Positions 10,009-20,830 are shown, numbered from the stretch's first letter. The stretch is 64,000 nucleotides of DNA from an uncultured Chloroflexia bacterium (GCA_963810095.1 CAWEMM010000013.1:32001-96000), one strand, 5' to 3'. Numbers and translations: made by a program. The notes: a model not told the origin generated them from the sequence alone.

Positions 10009-11477
10009 GGCGCCACCTCCTCGCCCGCGAACGCAGTCGGGGCAGGCCTCGCGGCGGGCGCGCTCCCGTCGCCTCCGCCCGTCTCCCTCGAGCGAAGCTC
10101 GCGCGTCGCGGCCTTCTTCTCAATCAGTTCCCGCATTTCGTAGTTTGCGACCACGGGCAGGATCCTCAGGAACAGGAACATCATCAGGAAGAACAAGCCC
10201 AGCGTGCCGGCAAACGTCGCATAGTCCCAGATGGTCGGGACAAATACGCCCCATTTGCTGGGCAGGTAAGCTCGGGCCAGGTTCGTCGTGATCAGCACGT
10301 AGCGTTCCATCCACATGCCGAAGAGGACCCCGATCGAGATGAAGAACACGAGCACCCGGTTCTGGCGGAAACGCCGGAACCACAGGAGCTGCGGGAAGAT
10401 CACGTTGAAGGCGAGCTGCAGCCAGTAGAACAGCGCGAACGAGCCGGTAAAGCGGGTCATAATGGCTTGGATGTCGAAGATGTTGCCGCTGTACATCCCC
10501 ATGAAGTTCTCGAACAGGTAGCCGTACGCGACGATCAGGCCGCTGGCCAGCATGACCTTGGCCGCGTTGTCGACGTGCTGCAGGGTGATCATGTTCTCGA
10601 TGTGCAGCAGCTTGCGCAGCGGGATGATCAGCACGAGCACCATGGCAAAGCCCGAGTAGATCGCGCCGGCGACGAAATAAGGCGGGTAGATCGTGTTGTG
10701 CCAGCCCGGCACGATGGCCGCCGCGAAGTCGAAGCTCACGATGGTGTGGACGGACACCACCAGCGCGGTCACGAGCGCCGCCACCAGGTAGTACGCCCGG
10801 TGGAACCGGCGCCAGTGCTGGGCCGAGCCCCGCCAGCCGAGCGACGCGATGCCGTAGATGCGCTTCACCCACTTGTTGGTCGCCCGGTCACGGAACGTCG
10901 CCAGGTCGGGGATCATCCCGACGAGCCAGAACACCGTCGACACGCTTGCGTACGTCAGCACGGCGAACGCATCCCACACGAGCGGGCTGCGGAACTGCGG
11001 CGGCAGCGCCATCGTGTTCGGATACGGCAGCAGCCAGTAGAAGAACCACGGCCGGCCGAGGTGCAGGATCGGGAAAAGCGCGGCCTGGGCGACGGCAAAC
11101 ACGGTCATCGCCTCGGCCAGCCGGTTGATGGACGTGCGCCACTCTTGCCGCAGCAGGAGCAGGATCGCGGAAATCAACGTCCCAGCGTGGCCGATGCCGA
11201 TCCACCAGACGAAATTGGTGATCGCAAAGCCCCAGGCGACCGGCACCTCGATGCCCCAGATGCCGACGCCCCGGGCGAAGAGCAGGGTGATGGCCAGGAG
11301 GAACACCAGGACGCCCAGGAACGCGGCGAAAATGCCCGTGATCCACCAGCGGGGCGTTCGGCGCGTCAGGACAATGTCCGAGATTTGCTCGGTCACCCCT
11401 TCCATCGTCTGTCCGGGCGCCAGCACCGGGATCGGCTCGATCGCCGCGGGATTCGCCGTCGATACGTCTGTCGTCAT
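10005..11477 (-). CDS. actC: Alternative complex III subunit ActC (NrfD/PsrC family)
   Basis: 'WGFAITNFVWWIGIGHAGTLISAIL', 'SINRLAEAMT', 'HLGRPW', 'SVHTIVSFDF'. Confidence 0.93.
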   Translation of the reverse strand: MTTDVSTANPAAIEPIPVLAPGQTMEGVTEQISDIVLTRRTPRWWITGIFAAFLGVLVFLLAITLLFARGVGIWGIEVPVAWGFAITNFVWWIGIGHAGTLISAILLLLRQEWRTSINRLAEAMTVFAVAQAALFPILHLGRPWFFYWLLPYPNTMALPPQFRSPLVWDAFAVLTYASVSTVFWLVGMIPDLATFRDRATNKWVKRIYGIASLGWRGSAQHWRRFHRAYYLVAALVTALVVSVHTIVSFDFAAAIVPGWHNTIYPPYFVAGAIYSGFAMVLVLIIPLRKLLHIENMITLQHVDNAAKVMLASGLIVAYGYLFENFMGMYSGNIFDIQAIMTRFTGSFALFYWLQLAFNVIFPQLLWFRRFRQNRVLVFFISIGVLFGMWMERYVLITTNLARAYLPSKWGVFVPTIWDYATFAGTLGLFFLMMFLFLRILPVVANYEMRELIEKKAATRELRSRETGGGDGSAPAARPAPTAFAGEEVAP

Positions 11478-11493
11478 TCTAGCTCTACCTTTT

Positions 11494-11571
11494 CGCCACG
11501 AATTGCACGAATTTCACGAACTCTCGCAAACCTTGACCGCCAAATTCGTAGCATTCGTCAAATTCGTGGCG
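11494..11571. repeat. 9-nt-periodic palindromic element, family B, copy 1
   Basis: CGCCACGAATTGCACGAATTTCACGAA...TTCGTAGCATTCGTCAAATTCGTGGCG between actB and actC. Confidence 0.72.
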
Positions 11572-11585
11572 GCCTCGGCTCACGT

Positions 11586-14500
11586 TCACGTCCCGATCTC
11601 CGGGTTCGGGTTCCGCAGCGCGGCCAGGTACGTCGTGCGCGGCTGGGTGTTCAACTCGGCCAGCAGCGCGTAGTTGAGCGGCAGCGACTTCCACGTCGAC
11701 ACCTCCGCGGCCTGATCGTTCAGGTTGCCGAACGAAATCGCGTGGGTCGGGCAGGCCGCTGCGCAGGCCGGGATCACCTCGCCGTCCCGAATCCCGCGGC
11801 CCTCGGTCTCGGCGGTCCCCTGGGCGTCTCGGATGCGCTGCACGCAGTACGTGCACTTCTCCATCACGCCGCGGTTGCGCACCGTCACGTCGGGGTTCTG
11901 CACCATCTTGAGCGTAGGCTCTTCCCGGACCTGGTCCGTATAGGAGAAGAAGTTGAACCGGCGCACCTTGTACGGGCAGTTGTTCGAGCAGTAACGGGTG
12001 CCCACGCAGCGGTTGTAGACCATGTCGTTGAGGCCGTCTTCGCTGTGGGCCGTCGCGGCCACGGGACACACCGCCTCGCACGGCGCGGTCTCGCACTGCA
12101 TACACGGCACCGGTTGGAAGACGGTCTGCGGGTCGTCCACGTTGGTGCCTTCGTAGTACCGGTCCACCCGCAGCCAGTGCATCTCGCGCTGGCGGTAGAC
12201 GCCTTCCTTGCCGACCGTCGGGATGTTGTTCTCGGCCTGGCACGCCACCACGCACGCGTTGCAGCCCACGCAGGCCGTCAGGTCGATCGCCATGCCCCAC
12301 TTGTAGTTCGGGTATTCCCACTGCGGGTACAGGCTGATCGCCTCGTGCGGCGTGGCGGCGAAGTTCGGGTTTTCCTGGTATTCGGTCAGGGTGCCGGTCT
12401 TGACGAGGTCGCGGCCCTCCATCTGCCAGTGGAACTGCGTCGTCGCCAGCTGGTACTTGCCGCCGACCTTCACGACCTGCGCGCCCCCTGCGAACCAGGG
12501 CGCCGCTGCAGTGCGCAGGGCATAGGCGTTGAAGCCGGTGCCGCTGCCGAGAGGGCTCCCGTTGCCCATTGGCCTGGGGCTCCGGTCGATCCCGCCGACC
12601 GAGCCGGCGCTCGACGAGGCGACACTGCCGGTCCCCGTGTCCGAGCGCCCGTAGCCCAGATGAACCGTGATCGCGCCGTCGACGTGCCCCGGCCAGATCC
12701 ACACCCCGCCGCGCACAGTCCGCCCGCCGTACCTTACCTCGACCAGGTCCTCCAGCCCGACGCCCAACTGCTCGGCCGTGGCCGGGCTCATCATCACCGC
12801 ATTGTCCCAGGTCAGCAGGTTGAGCGGCTTGGGCAGCTCTTGCAGCCAGGCATTGTTGCCGTAGCGGCCGTCCCAGATGGCCGGGTCCGGCGCGGAAGTT
12901 GATCTCGAGGTCCTGGCCCCTGGGCTGCACTGTCACGCCGTTCAGCTCTGTCGCGATGGCGGTTGTGCTGACCGTTGGCGTGACGGGCGGCAGGGCGGAG
13001 TTGGGGATCACGCCCCGGTTCAACGCGTCGCGCCACCACGTCTCGAAGTCGCCTGCCCCGGCTGCTGCGCCCTGCCAGTACCCGCGCACCTGGTCGTAGG
13101 ATTTGCCCTCGGTCCCGCCAAACAGGGTCAGGATTTCGTGCGGCGAGCGCGAGTCGGGCCACAGCGGCTCGATGAGCGGCTGCACGATGCTGGCGGTGCC
13201 GTCGAAAGCGCGCGCGTCGCTCCAGGCTTCCAGGAAGTGTGTCTGCGGCACGTGCCACGTGCTGGCCATCGCCGTCTCGTCCGCATACAGCCCCACGTGG
13301 ATGCTCGTCCCAACCTTCTTCAAGAGCCGCAGCAAAGTCCAGGTCGGCCGGTGCGGTGTAGACCGGGTTCGCGCCCAGGATGAGCAGGAACTGCACCGCG
13401 CCGGCCTGCATTTCGTTGACGAGCGCGCTGAGGTTCGCGGTCAGGTCGGCGGGGCGAGCGACGACCGGCTCGGTGTAGAGCACGGTTTTGCCCACGTTTC
13501 CCAGCGCGGCGTTCATGGCGTGCGCCAGCGCGTGGACGACGGGCGCCTGGTGGTTGCCTGCGATGACGATGCTCGCCCCGGCATGGCCCTGCAGATCCCG
13601 CGCCAGGGCGTCCACAAACTGCGGCGTGACGCCGGGCGGCAAGTTCTCTGTGGCCGGTATGCCCTGCACCCCGATACGCGCTGCCACCGCTTGGGCGACG
13701 GTCAGCACCTCCCGCGAGAGCACCCGCAGCTTGTGATCCGCCTTCGCGCCCGTCAGCGTGGGCGTGCCTTCTACCGCGTACAGGCGATTCATGGAGGCGC
13801 CGGTGGCGCTCTTGACCCGCCGCCGGTTGATGAAGTCGCGGGAGTATCGCAGCGTGTCCGCATGGCTCTGGAGAAAATCGGAGTCCAGGCTGAGGATCGT
13901 GTCGGCCCGGTCGAAGCGATAGACGGTGTTCACGTCGCGACCGAAGGCCATCCGCGCGCCCAGGTCGGCCTGGTCGTTCGACGCCGCCTCCCACTGCAGC
14001 CACGCCGCGTTGGGCAGGGCCTTCTGAATGGACGCCATCTGCGCAATCAAGGTGGGCGAAGAGGTGACCTCCGTCAGGATGCGGATGCCCTGACCACCGT
14101 TCGCGCTCGCGGCGGCCAACGCGCTGGCGAATCCACTGGCGAAGTCCGCGTAGGTGGCGGTCTGTCCGCTGTGAAGGACGGCCGAGGAGCGGGCCGGGTC
14201 GTAGAGGCTCGAGTATCTCGGCCTGGGCAAAGGTGTCCGTCGACCCCAGTGAAGCCGGGTGGTCCGGATTGCCCTCGATCTTGGTCGGCCGGCCCTCGTT
14301 GCTCTCCACCAGCAGGCCCATCGCGTACCCCGCATGGATCATGGCGGTCGTGTAGAACAGCGATTTGCCGGGCACCTGGTTCGGGTCGGGCGACTTGACG
14401 TACGGGACGATCTTGCGGGCGGGGACGTTGACGCAGCCGGCGAGCCCCGCCAGGGCCAGGCTGGCGCCCAGCAGCTTGAAGAAGCTGCGGCGGCTCATGC

Positions 14501-14687
14501 CGTGCGACCCGCCGCCTTGGGAAAGGCTCTCGTCCCAAACGGAAGCCTGCCGCGGAAACTCGCGGTGCAGGTACTCCTGGAACTCGTCCGTCTCGGCCAG
14601 CGCTTCGAGCCCCTGCCAATACTGCCGCCCGCTCAGCCCTGCCAGCTTGCGCCTTACGGCTGCAATGTCAATCCGACCCTCGCTCAT
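11586..14687 (-). CDS. actB: Alternative complex III subunit ActB (Tat-exported molybdopterin-oxidoreductase-like + Fe-S domain); three frameshifts (~14210, ~13320, ~12890)
   Basis: Tat motif 'SRRSFFK', 'EGRPTKIEGNPDHP'; C-terminal Fe-S motifs CVGCNACVVAC, CMQCETAPCEAVC, CVGTRYCSNNCPY, CTYC; spread over four overlapping ORFs. Confidence 0.9.
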
Positions 14688-14783
14688 GCCTCATCCTCAC
14701 TACCGGGCGCCTCCTACGTAGGCGCCGGCGCCACTACGAAATGCAGTTCGACTTCTTCGGGCCCGACCGGACTCGTTCACCCA

Positions 14784-15458
14784 CTACCGGTGACAGGTCG
14801 AGCAGCTCGTCAGTGTCCGTGCGTCCAGCACCTGGTACTCTTTTACCAACTGGGGCCCCAGCACCGCCTGCGGCTGCGGCGGCTGCCAGCCCATCGTGAA
14901 CACCTGATCCTTCGGCCGGATGTACTTCTCGGGCGCCCGATGGCAGTCCAGGCACCACTCCATCTGCATGCTGGTTGCCTTGTATGTCTGCTGCATCTGG
15001 TCGACACGTCCGTGGCAGCTTTCGCACCCGATGCCCTTCTGAATGTGCGGGCTGTGGTTGAAGTACACGAACTGCGGCAGGTTATAAACGCGGTTCCAGT
15101 GGAGCGGTTGGTTGTTGTTCCAGCTGTCGCGCACGGGCTGGAGGATGGCCGCGTTGGTCCAGATCTGGCTGTGGCAGTTCATGCAGGTCTGCGTGGGGGG
15201 GATGCCTGCAAAGCTGGAGTATTCGACCGACGTGTGACAGTAGCGGCAGCCGATGCCCAAGCCGCCGACGTGATGCTGGTGGCTGAACTGGACGGGCTGG
15301 AGCACCGTCTGGTTGCGCCGGGTGTAGTAGTCCGAGCGCACAAACAGGTAACCGGCAATCGCGGCGCCTGCCAGGAGCAGGATCACAAGCGCGATGCTCG
15401 CGCGCGCAATCGTATTGCTGCTGCGGCCAAAGACCTGAGTAGTCCGGGACGGGACCAC
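14784..15458 (-). CDS. actA: Alternative complex III pentaheme cytochrome ActA
   Basis: N-terminal TM helix; five CxxCH motifs (CRYCH, CMNCH, CESCH, CLDCH, CSTCH); 'QPVQFSHQHH'. Confidence 0.93.
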   Translation of the reverse strand: MVPSRTTQVFGRSSNTIARASIALVILLLAGAAIAGYLFVRSDYYTRRNQTVLQPVQFSHQHHVGGLGIGCRYCHTSVEYSSFAGIPPTQTCMNCHSQIWTNAAILQPVRDSWNNNQPLHWNRVYNLPQFVYFNHSPHIQKGIGCESCHGRVDQMQQTYKATSMQMEWCLDCHRAPEKYIRPKDQVFTMGWQPPQPQAVLGPQLVKEYQVLDARTLTSCSTCHR

Positions 15459-15856
15459 GTTTCCCTCTTCTCTCGCGTGTGCGGTGGTTTGCCGCCCGTG
15501 GTTCGGCGACCTCCAGGCAGCAACACTTCGCGATTCGTCAGGCGCTGGATAAATGCTAGCCCAATGATAGCCTTGTCCATGGCTGCTTCAGTGTTAATGC
15601 TTACAATAAAAAATAATTGATTGTACGCTGCTTATCAATTGTTTTGAGCTGCCTCGTCTTTCCTCCTTGCGTACAAGTCTTTTGATCCATAGGGCCTCCG
15701 GAGCTTCTAGCTCCAGAGGCGTCCCCGGTGACCTGAGGCGTGTCTGCGCTTGGTCCGCCCACTGGTAAAGCCGGCACAGCCCGCTGGCAGGAACCTGCGA
15801 TGCTGAGACGGCTGCCCATCGGATGGGCGGTGCCAAGTGGCGCTCGCGCCTGCGCG

Positions 15857-15865
15857 TGCTATACT
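15857..15865 (+). promoter_or_regulatory. Extended -10 promoter element
   Basis: TGcTATACT about 35 nt upstream of the ATG at 15901. Confidence 0.5.
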
Positions 15866-15900
15866 TGGCGTCCGTATGTCACTGAGGCAAGGAGGTCGTA

Positions 15901-16770
15901 ATGACAGTTGGGTTTATCGGGCTGGGGATCATGGGCAGCCGCATGGCCGCGCGCCTGCAAGGGGCCGGATACGATGTGGTGGTCCACAACCGCACCCGCG
16001 CGAAGGCGGAGTCGCTGGTGGCCGCGGGGGCACGGTGGGCCGGCACGCCCGCGGAAGCCGGCAAGCAGGCCGACGTCCTCTTCACCATGCTGGCCGACCC
16101 CACGGCGGTCCAGGCCGCATCCGCGGGCGTGCATGGGTTCCTCGCCCAGCTCAGGCCCGGCGCGCTCTGGGTCGACTGCAGCACGACGAACCCCTCCTTT
16201 GCCCGGCGCATGGCCGAGCAGGCTGCCGCGTTCGAAATTCATTTCCTCGACGCGCCGGTGGCGGGCAGCAAGGACGCCGTCGCGAACGGCCAGGCCACCT
16301 TCCTCGTCGGCGGCGAGCCAGCGGCGGTCGACATGGCCCGCCCCTATTTCGCAGCCATGGGCCGGGAGGTCAAGCACCTGGGTCCCGTGGGCGCAGGCAT
16401 CTCCTTCAAGCTCGTCAACAACTACTTGCTGGCGCAGGCGGTGCTGGCGTTCTCCGAGGCGCTGGTGCTGGGCGAGGCGCTGGGGTTGGACCGCAAGATG
16501 CTGCTGGACGGGCTGCTGGCCGGGCCCATGGTCCCGCCGTACATGGCGACCAAGCGCCGCGGCTTTGAAACGGGCGAGTTCGAGACCGCTTTCCCGCTCA
16601 AGTGGATGCGCAAAGACCTGGAGATGGCCAGCCAGGCCGCGTACCAGCAAGGCGCGGCCATGCCTTCCGGCAACCTGGCGAAGGAAATCTATGCCCTGGC
16701 CAGCCAGCATGGGCTCGCCGATGCAGACTTCACCGCGATCTTCAAGTTCCTCCTGGAGAAGACCGCTTGA
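15901..16770 (+). CDS. NAD(P)-dependent beta-hydroxyacid dehydrogenase (3-hydroxyisobutyrate/2-hydroxy-3-oxopropionate reductase family)
   Basis: 'GFIGLGIMG', 'FLDAPVAGS', 'KLVNN', 'KDL'. Confidence 0.9.
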   Translation: MTVGFIGLGIMGSRMAARLQGAGYDVVVHNRTRAKAESLVAAGARWAGTPAEAGKQADVLFTMLADPTAVQAASAGVHGFLAQLRPGALWVDCSTTNPSFARRMAEQAAAFEIHFLDAPVAGSKDAVANGQATFLVGGEPAAVDMARPYFAAMGREVKHLGPVGAGISFKLVNNYLLAQAVLAFSEALVLGEALGLDRKMLLDGLLAGPMVPPYMATKRRGFETGEFETAFPLKWMRKDLEMASQAAYQQGAAMPSGNLAKEIYALASQHGLADADFTAIFKFLLEKTA

Positions 16771-16869
16771 TGAACTACGCTAACGCGAACGCCGGCTGAG
16801 ACGCTGACTTCCATCGGACATGCGACGCGATGTGTCTCCACGCAGCATGAAACGATCGCAGCGCGGGAG

Positions 16870-16897
16870 TAGACATCTCCCCACATGATGCTATAAT
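16870..16897 (+). promoter_or_regulatory. Sigma70-type promoter
   Basis: TAGACA-N16-TATAAT with TG extension. Confidence 0.6.
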
Positions 16898-16987
16898 GCG
16901 GCCTCGGCCTGACCGGCCTAAACCAACCGCGGGTTCAAGTCCCGCCGCGGTGTGCGAAGGCAACCGCGTAACAGGAGAGTGTATCCG

Positions 16988-18992
16988 ATGCGTCCAGACG
17001 CGCATACCCCTGAATCGATTTCCCGCGGCCTCGACCGCATCCTGCCGTTCGTGCAGAAGCCCGCCGCGCTACACGGGCGGCGAGTACAACGCCGTGGTCA
17101 AGAACTGGGACGAGATCGCGTACAAGCTCGCGTTGGTCTTCCCCGACGTCTACGACCTCGGCATGTCAAACCTCGGCCTCGCGATCCTTTATGACATCGT
17201 GAACCAACGACCAGACATGCTCGCGGAGCGCGCTTACACGCCGTGGACCGACATGCTGGACGCGATGAAGCGCGATGACCTGCCGCTCTATTCGCTCGAA
17301 ACGCGCCACCCGCTGGCGCAGTTTGACGTGCTCGGTTTCTCCCTGCCCTACGAACAGCTCTACACCAACGTGCTGTCCACGCTCGACCTGGCGGGCATTC
17401 CGCTCCTTGCGGCCGACCGCACGGACGAGCCGCTCGTACTCGCCGGCGGCTCCGCCTGCATGAATCCCGAGCCGATGCACGCCTTCTTCGACGCGTTCTT
17501 CGTCGGCGAGGGCGAAGAAGCCATTGTGGAGATGACCCGCACGTGGAAGGATGCCCGGGCCGCGGGTCGCAGCCGGACGGAAGCGTTGGAGCGCCTGGCG
17601 CAGATCGACGGCGTGTATGTGCCGTCCTTCTACGACGCCACCTACAACGAAGACGGGACGCTCGCCGGCACACGACCCAATCTTACGTGTCGCGAAGCCG
17701 GTCATCACCAAGCGCATCGTCACTGTGCTTCCGCCGCCGGTCACGAAGTTTGTCGTGCCGTTCATCGACATCGTGCACAATCGGGCTGCCATAGAGATTC
17801 AACGGGGCTGCACCCGGGGCTGCCGCTTCTGCCAGGCGGGCATGATCTTCCGCCCGGTGCGCGAACGGCCCGTCGAAGAGGTGCTGGCTGCGGTCGACAA
17901 GATGGTCGTGGAGACGGGCTTCGAAGAGGTCTCTTTCCTCTCCCTCTCGTCGTCTGACTACGGCAAGATCGGCGAGCTGGTGAGCGGGGTCGTAGAGCGG
18001 CACGGGGCCGGCAAGCTCTCCATCGGGCTGCCCAGCCTGCGCATCGAGTCGTTCAGCGTCGACCTCATGGAGATGCTCGAAAAGGGCCGCCGGCGCTCGG
18101 GCTTCACCTTTGCACCTGAAGCCGCGACAGACCGCCTGCGCGACGTCATCAACAAGCCGATCAGCACGCAGGCCATGCTCGACACGGCCCGTGAGGTCTA
18201 CAGCCGCGGGTGGACCACGATCAAGATGTACTTCATGATCGGTCATCCCACGCAGACGCTCGAGGACGTGCAGGCGATTGCCGACCTGGCCCATGCGGTG
18301 CGCAAGACCGGCTACCAGGTGATGGGCAAGAAGTCTTCTGTACGCATTGGCGTGAGCACGCTCGTGCCCAAGCCGCACACGCCCTTCCAGTGGGCCTCGT
18401 TGGCCGACGAAGAGACGATCTGGGCGCAGATCGGCCTGCTCGAGCGCCAGCTCCGTGCGCCCGGGCTCGAGTTCAGCTGGAACAACCCCAAGGAGACGCT
18501 GCTCGAGGCGACGCTCAGCAGGGGTGACCGGCGGCTCGCGCCCGCCATCCTGCGAGCGTGGGAGCTGGGTGCGCGGTTCGACGGCTGGGGCGACCAGTTC
18601 AGAGAACGGGCGTGGGGCCAGGCGTTTGCCGACTGCGGGCTCGACCCGGACTGGTACGCACGCCGCGCCCGAGCCGTGGACGAGGTCCTGCCGTGGGACC
18701 ACATCAGCGCGGGGGTGAAGAAGCAGTTCCTGGCGGAGGAGTGGCAGCACGCGCAAGCGGGCGCGGTCGTCGACGACTGCCGCGAGCACTGCTTCTCGTG
18801 CGGTATTCTGGGCCAGTTCAAGGAGCAGCGCCGGGAGGCGCCGGACGACGCGTGGGGCTGCCCGCGCTGGGCAAGGGCAAGGAGCACCAGCCGGTCAACG
18901 CACACCCCATCCCGCTCTACTTTAACGAAGACATGAGCCCCGACCTGGCGCTTACCGCCGGCCCGCGCGTGCCGCAAAGGAGCAAAGAATAG
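16988..18992 (+). CDS. TIGR03960-type B12-binding-domain radical SAM protein; three frameshifts (~17060, ~17685, ~18865)
   Basis: 'LPFVQKP', 'FPDVYDLGMSNLG', 'CTRGCRFC' (CxxxCxxC), 'VPKPHTPFQW', 'LPWDHI'. Confidence 0.88.
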
Positions 18993-19085
18993 GACGCTGA
19001 TTGAACTGATCGAATTGATCTTCATGATCTCTCTGCGAAACGGTCAGTTCAGGTCAGCCCGATCAATTCGATCTGCGTTCTATTC
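18987..19085. repeat. 9-nt-periodic palindromic element, family A, copy 2
   Basis: GAATAGGACGCTGATTGAACTGATC...GATCAATTCGATCTGCGTTCTATTC; contains the radical SAM TAG stop. Confidence 0.78.
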
Positions 19086-19093
19086 GGAGTAAC

Positions 19094-19750
19094 ATGAACG
19101 AGACTTATGCCCAGAGGATGAGGGTGTGGTTCGCCACCGACGATACGGTGAAGTATGTCGGGCACCTCGACATGCACCGCACGTGGGAGCGGGCGATCCG
19201 GCGCGCGGGGCTGCCGCTCGCCTATACGCAGGGGTTCAACCCGCAGGCCCGTCTTCAGTTTGCGGCCGCACTGCCCGTGGGCTTTACCGGCCAGGGCGAG
19301 GTTGCGGACGTGTTTCTGAACGATGAACTTGCGCCGCCCGAGTTCGTGCGGCGCCTCGGCGAGGCCCTACCGCCTGGCGTTCGTCCTCTGCGCGCCGAAC
19401 CCGTACCGCGCGAGGTCCCGTCCCTGCAGTCGCAGGTGAACGGCGCGCACTACGCCGTCGAGGTCGAAACCGACGACGACGAAGCGGCATTCACAGAGCG
19501 GCTGGCCGGCTTCATGGCGCTCGAGGAAGCCTGGCGCGAGCGCCGCAAAGGCAAGGAGATTTCGCGGTACGACCTCCGCCCGCTCATCCAGGACCTGCGC
19601 TACACCGGACGGACGGCCTACGGCCACTCGCTGCTCGTGACCATGCGGGCGGAGCCGGGTGCAACCGGCCGGCCCGACGAGCTGCTGGCCGAGTTGGGCT
19701 TCGAGAACGCGCCGCGCCGCATCGTCCGCCTGGAACTGCTCTTCGCCTGA
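19094..19750 (+). CDS. TIGR03936-type radical SAM-associated protein (DUF2344)
   Basis: 'YVGHLDMHRTWERAIRRAGLPLAYTQGFNP..RLQFAAALPVG'; usual partner of the upstream gene. Confidence 0.88.
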   Translation: MNETYAQRMRVWFATDDTVKYVGHLDMHRTWERAIRRAGLPLAYTQGFNPQARLQFAAALPVGFTGQGEVADVFLNDELAPPEFVRRLGEALPPGVRPLRAEPVPREVPSLQSQVNGAHYAVEVETDDDEAAFTERLAGFMALEEAWRERRKGKEISRYDLRPLIQDLRYTGRTAYGHSLLVTMRAEPGATGRPDELLAELGFENAPRRIVRLELLFA

Positions 19751-20081
19751 ACGGCTCACGGCCCGGCAGCAGCGCTCCACCTCCGCCGTCACGATTCTCG
19801 GCGAAGCCGAGGTGACGGCGGATGGTGCAACCCGTAAGTCCCCTGGTGCCGACGCCTGCCCCCTAAGGCTTTTGCCCTACCTGCACCTCCTTCGCCTCTG
19901 TCTTTCATACGCACAACCCGTTCATGGATAGGGTCTTTTGCCCGATGACCCCGATGCTGCGCGCCCCTATACTGAAATTGCCCGGACTTAATGGAGCAAA
20001 CGCGCTTTCTTCGACGTTGGAATGATTACTCAAGGACTGCCAGTGATTTACACAGAAAGATTTGATCGGAGGCAAGAACCA

Positions 20082-20654
20082 ATGGCGAAGATGCGTACCT
20101 TGCACGACCTATTCATCGAGCAACTCAAGGACATGAACAGCGCCGAGCGGCAGTTGGTCGCGGCGCTTCCGAAGATGGCGAAATCGGCGAGCTCACCCGA
20201 GCTGCGCCAGGCGTTCGAGCAGCACCTGGACGTTACCAAGTCGCAGATCGAACGGTTGAACCAGGTCTTTGACATGGTCGGCGCTTCCGCGGGCCGCAAG
20301 AAATGCAAGGGCATGGAAGGCCTGATCATGGAAGGCGAAGAGATCATGATGGAAGAGGGAATGGCCCCTGCCGTCAAGGATGCCGGCCTGATCGCGGCCG
20401 CTCAGAAGGTGGAGCACTACGAGATCGCTTCCTATGGCACCCTGCGCACTTTCGCGCAGATCATGGGCCACAAGGAAGCGGGCCAGGTCATCCAGCAGAT
20501 TCTGGACGAAGAAGGCAGGACCGACAAGCTGCTCACACAGATCGCCGAAAAGAGCGTGAACATGCAGGCGGAAGACATGGGCATGGAGGCGGGCTCCCGC
20601 TCTGGCAGCATGGGCGGCCAGTCGGCCGGCTCGCGTTCGACCAAGAGCAAGTAA
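20082..20654 (+). CDS. yciF: Ferritin-like stress protein YciE/YciF (DUF892)
   Basis: 'QLKDMNSAERQL..ALPKM', 'KCKGMEGLI.E', 'AAQKVEHYEIASYGTL'; RBS GGAGG. Confidence 0.9.
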   Translation: MAKMRTLHDLFIEQLKDMNSAERQLVAALPKMAKSASSPELRQAFEQHLDVTKSQIERLNQVFDMVGASAGRKKCKGMEGLIMEGEEIMMEEGMAPAVKDAGLIAAAQKVEHYEIASYGTLRTFAQIMGHKEAGQVIQQILDEEGRTDKLLTQIAEKSVNMQAEDMGMEAGSRSGSMGGQSAGSRSTKSK

Positions 20655-20696
20655 CACCTGAGCAAGTAAGAGCAAGCAAAAAACGTGAAACGCCGA

Positions 20697-20757
20697 TGCG
20701 AAAACTTCCGAAGCCAACAGCGGCAAACGGCGCGCTGTAGCTTCGGAAGTTTTCGCA
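20697..20757. repeat. REP-like long hairpin
   Basis: 18-bp perfect inverted repeat TGCGAAAACTTCCGAAGC / GCTTCGGAAGTTTTCGCA. Confidence 0.65.
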
Positions 20758-20830
20758 AATGGACTGATCTGGTGAAGTTGTTGGATAGCAGAAGGCAGAT
20801 TGGGATGATACAGCGAAGAGCAGGAGTGGG

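Noticed and set aside
9738-12902. 1054-aa + strand ORF
   Set aside because: Antisense shadow of actB/C/D in high-GC DNA; Arg/Pro/His-rich with no motifs.
15460-15850. Riboswitch or FNR/Crp site upstream of actA
   Set aside because: An AT-rich patch is present (~15590-15650), but I could not match a convincing known motif.
16929-16945. tRNA gene suggested by GGTTCAAGTCC
   Set aside because: No acceptor, D or anticodon arms can be folded around it; kept only as a candidate leader motif.
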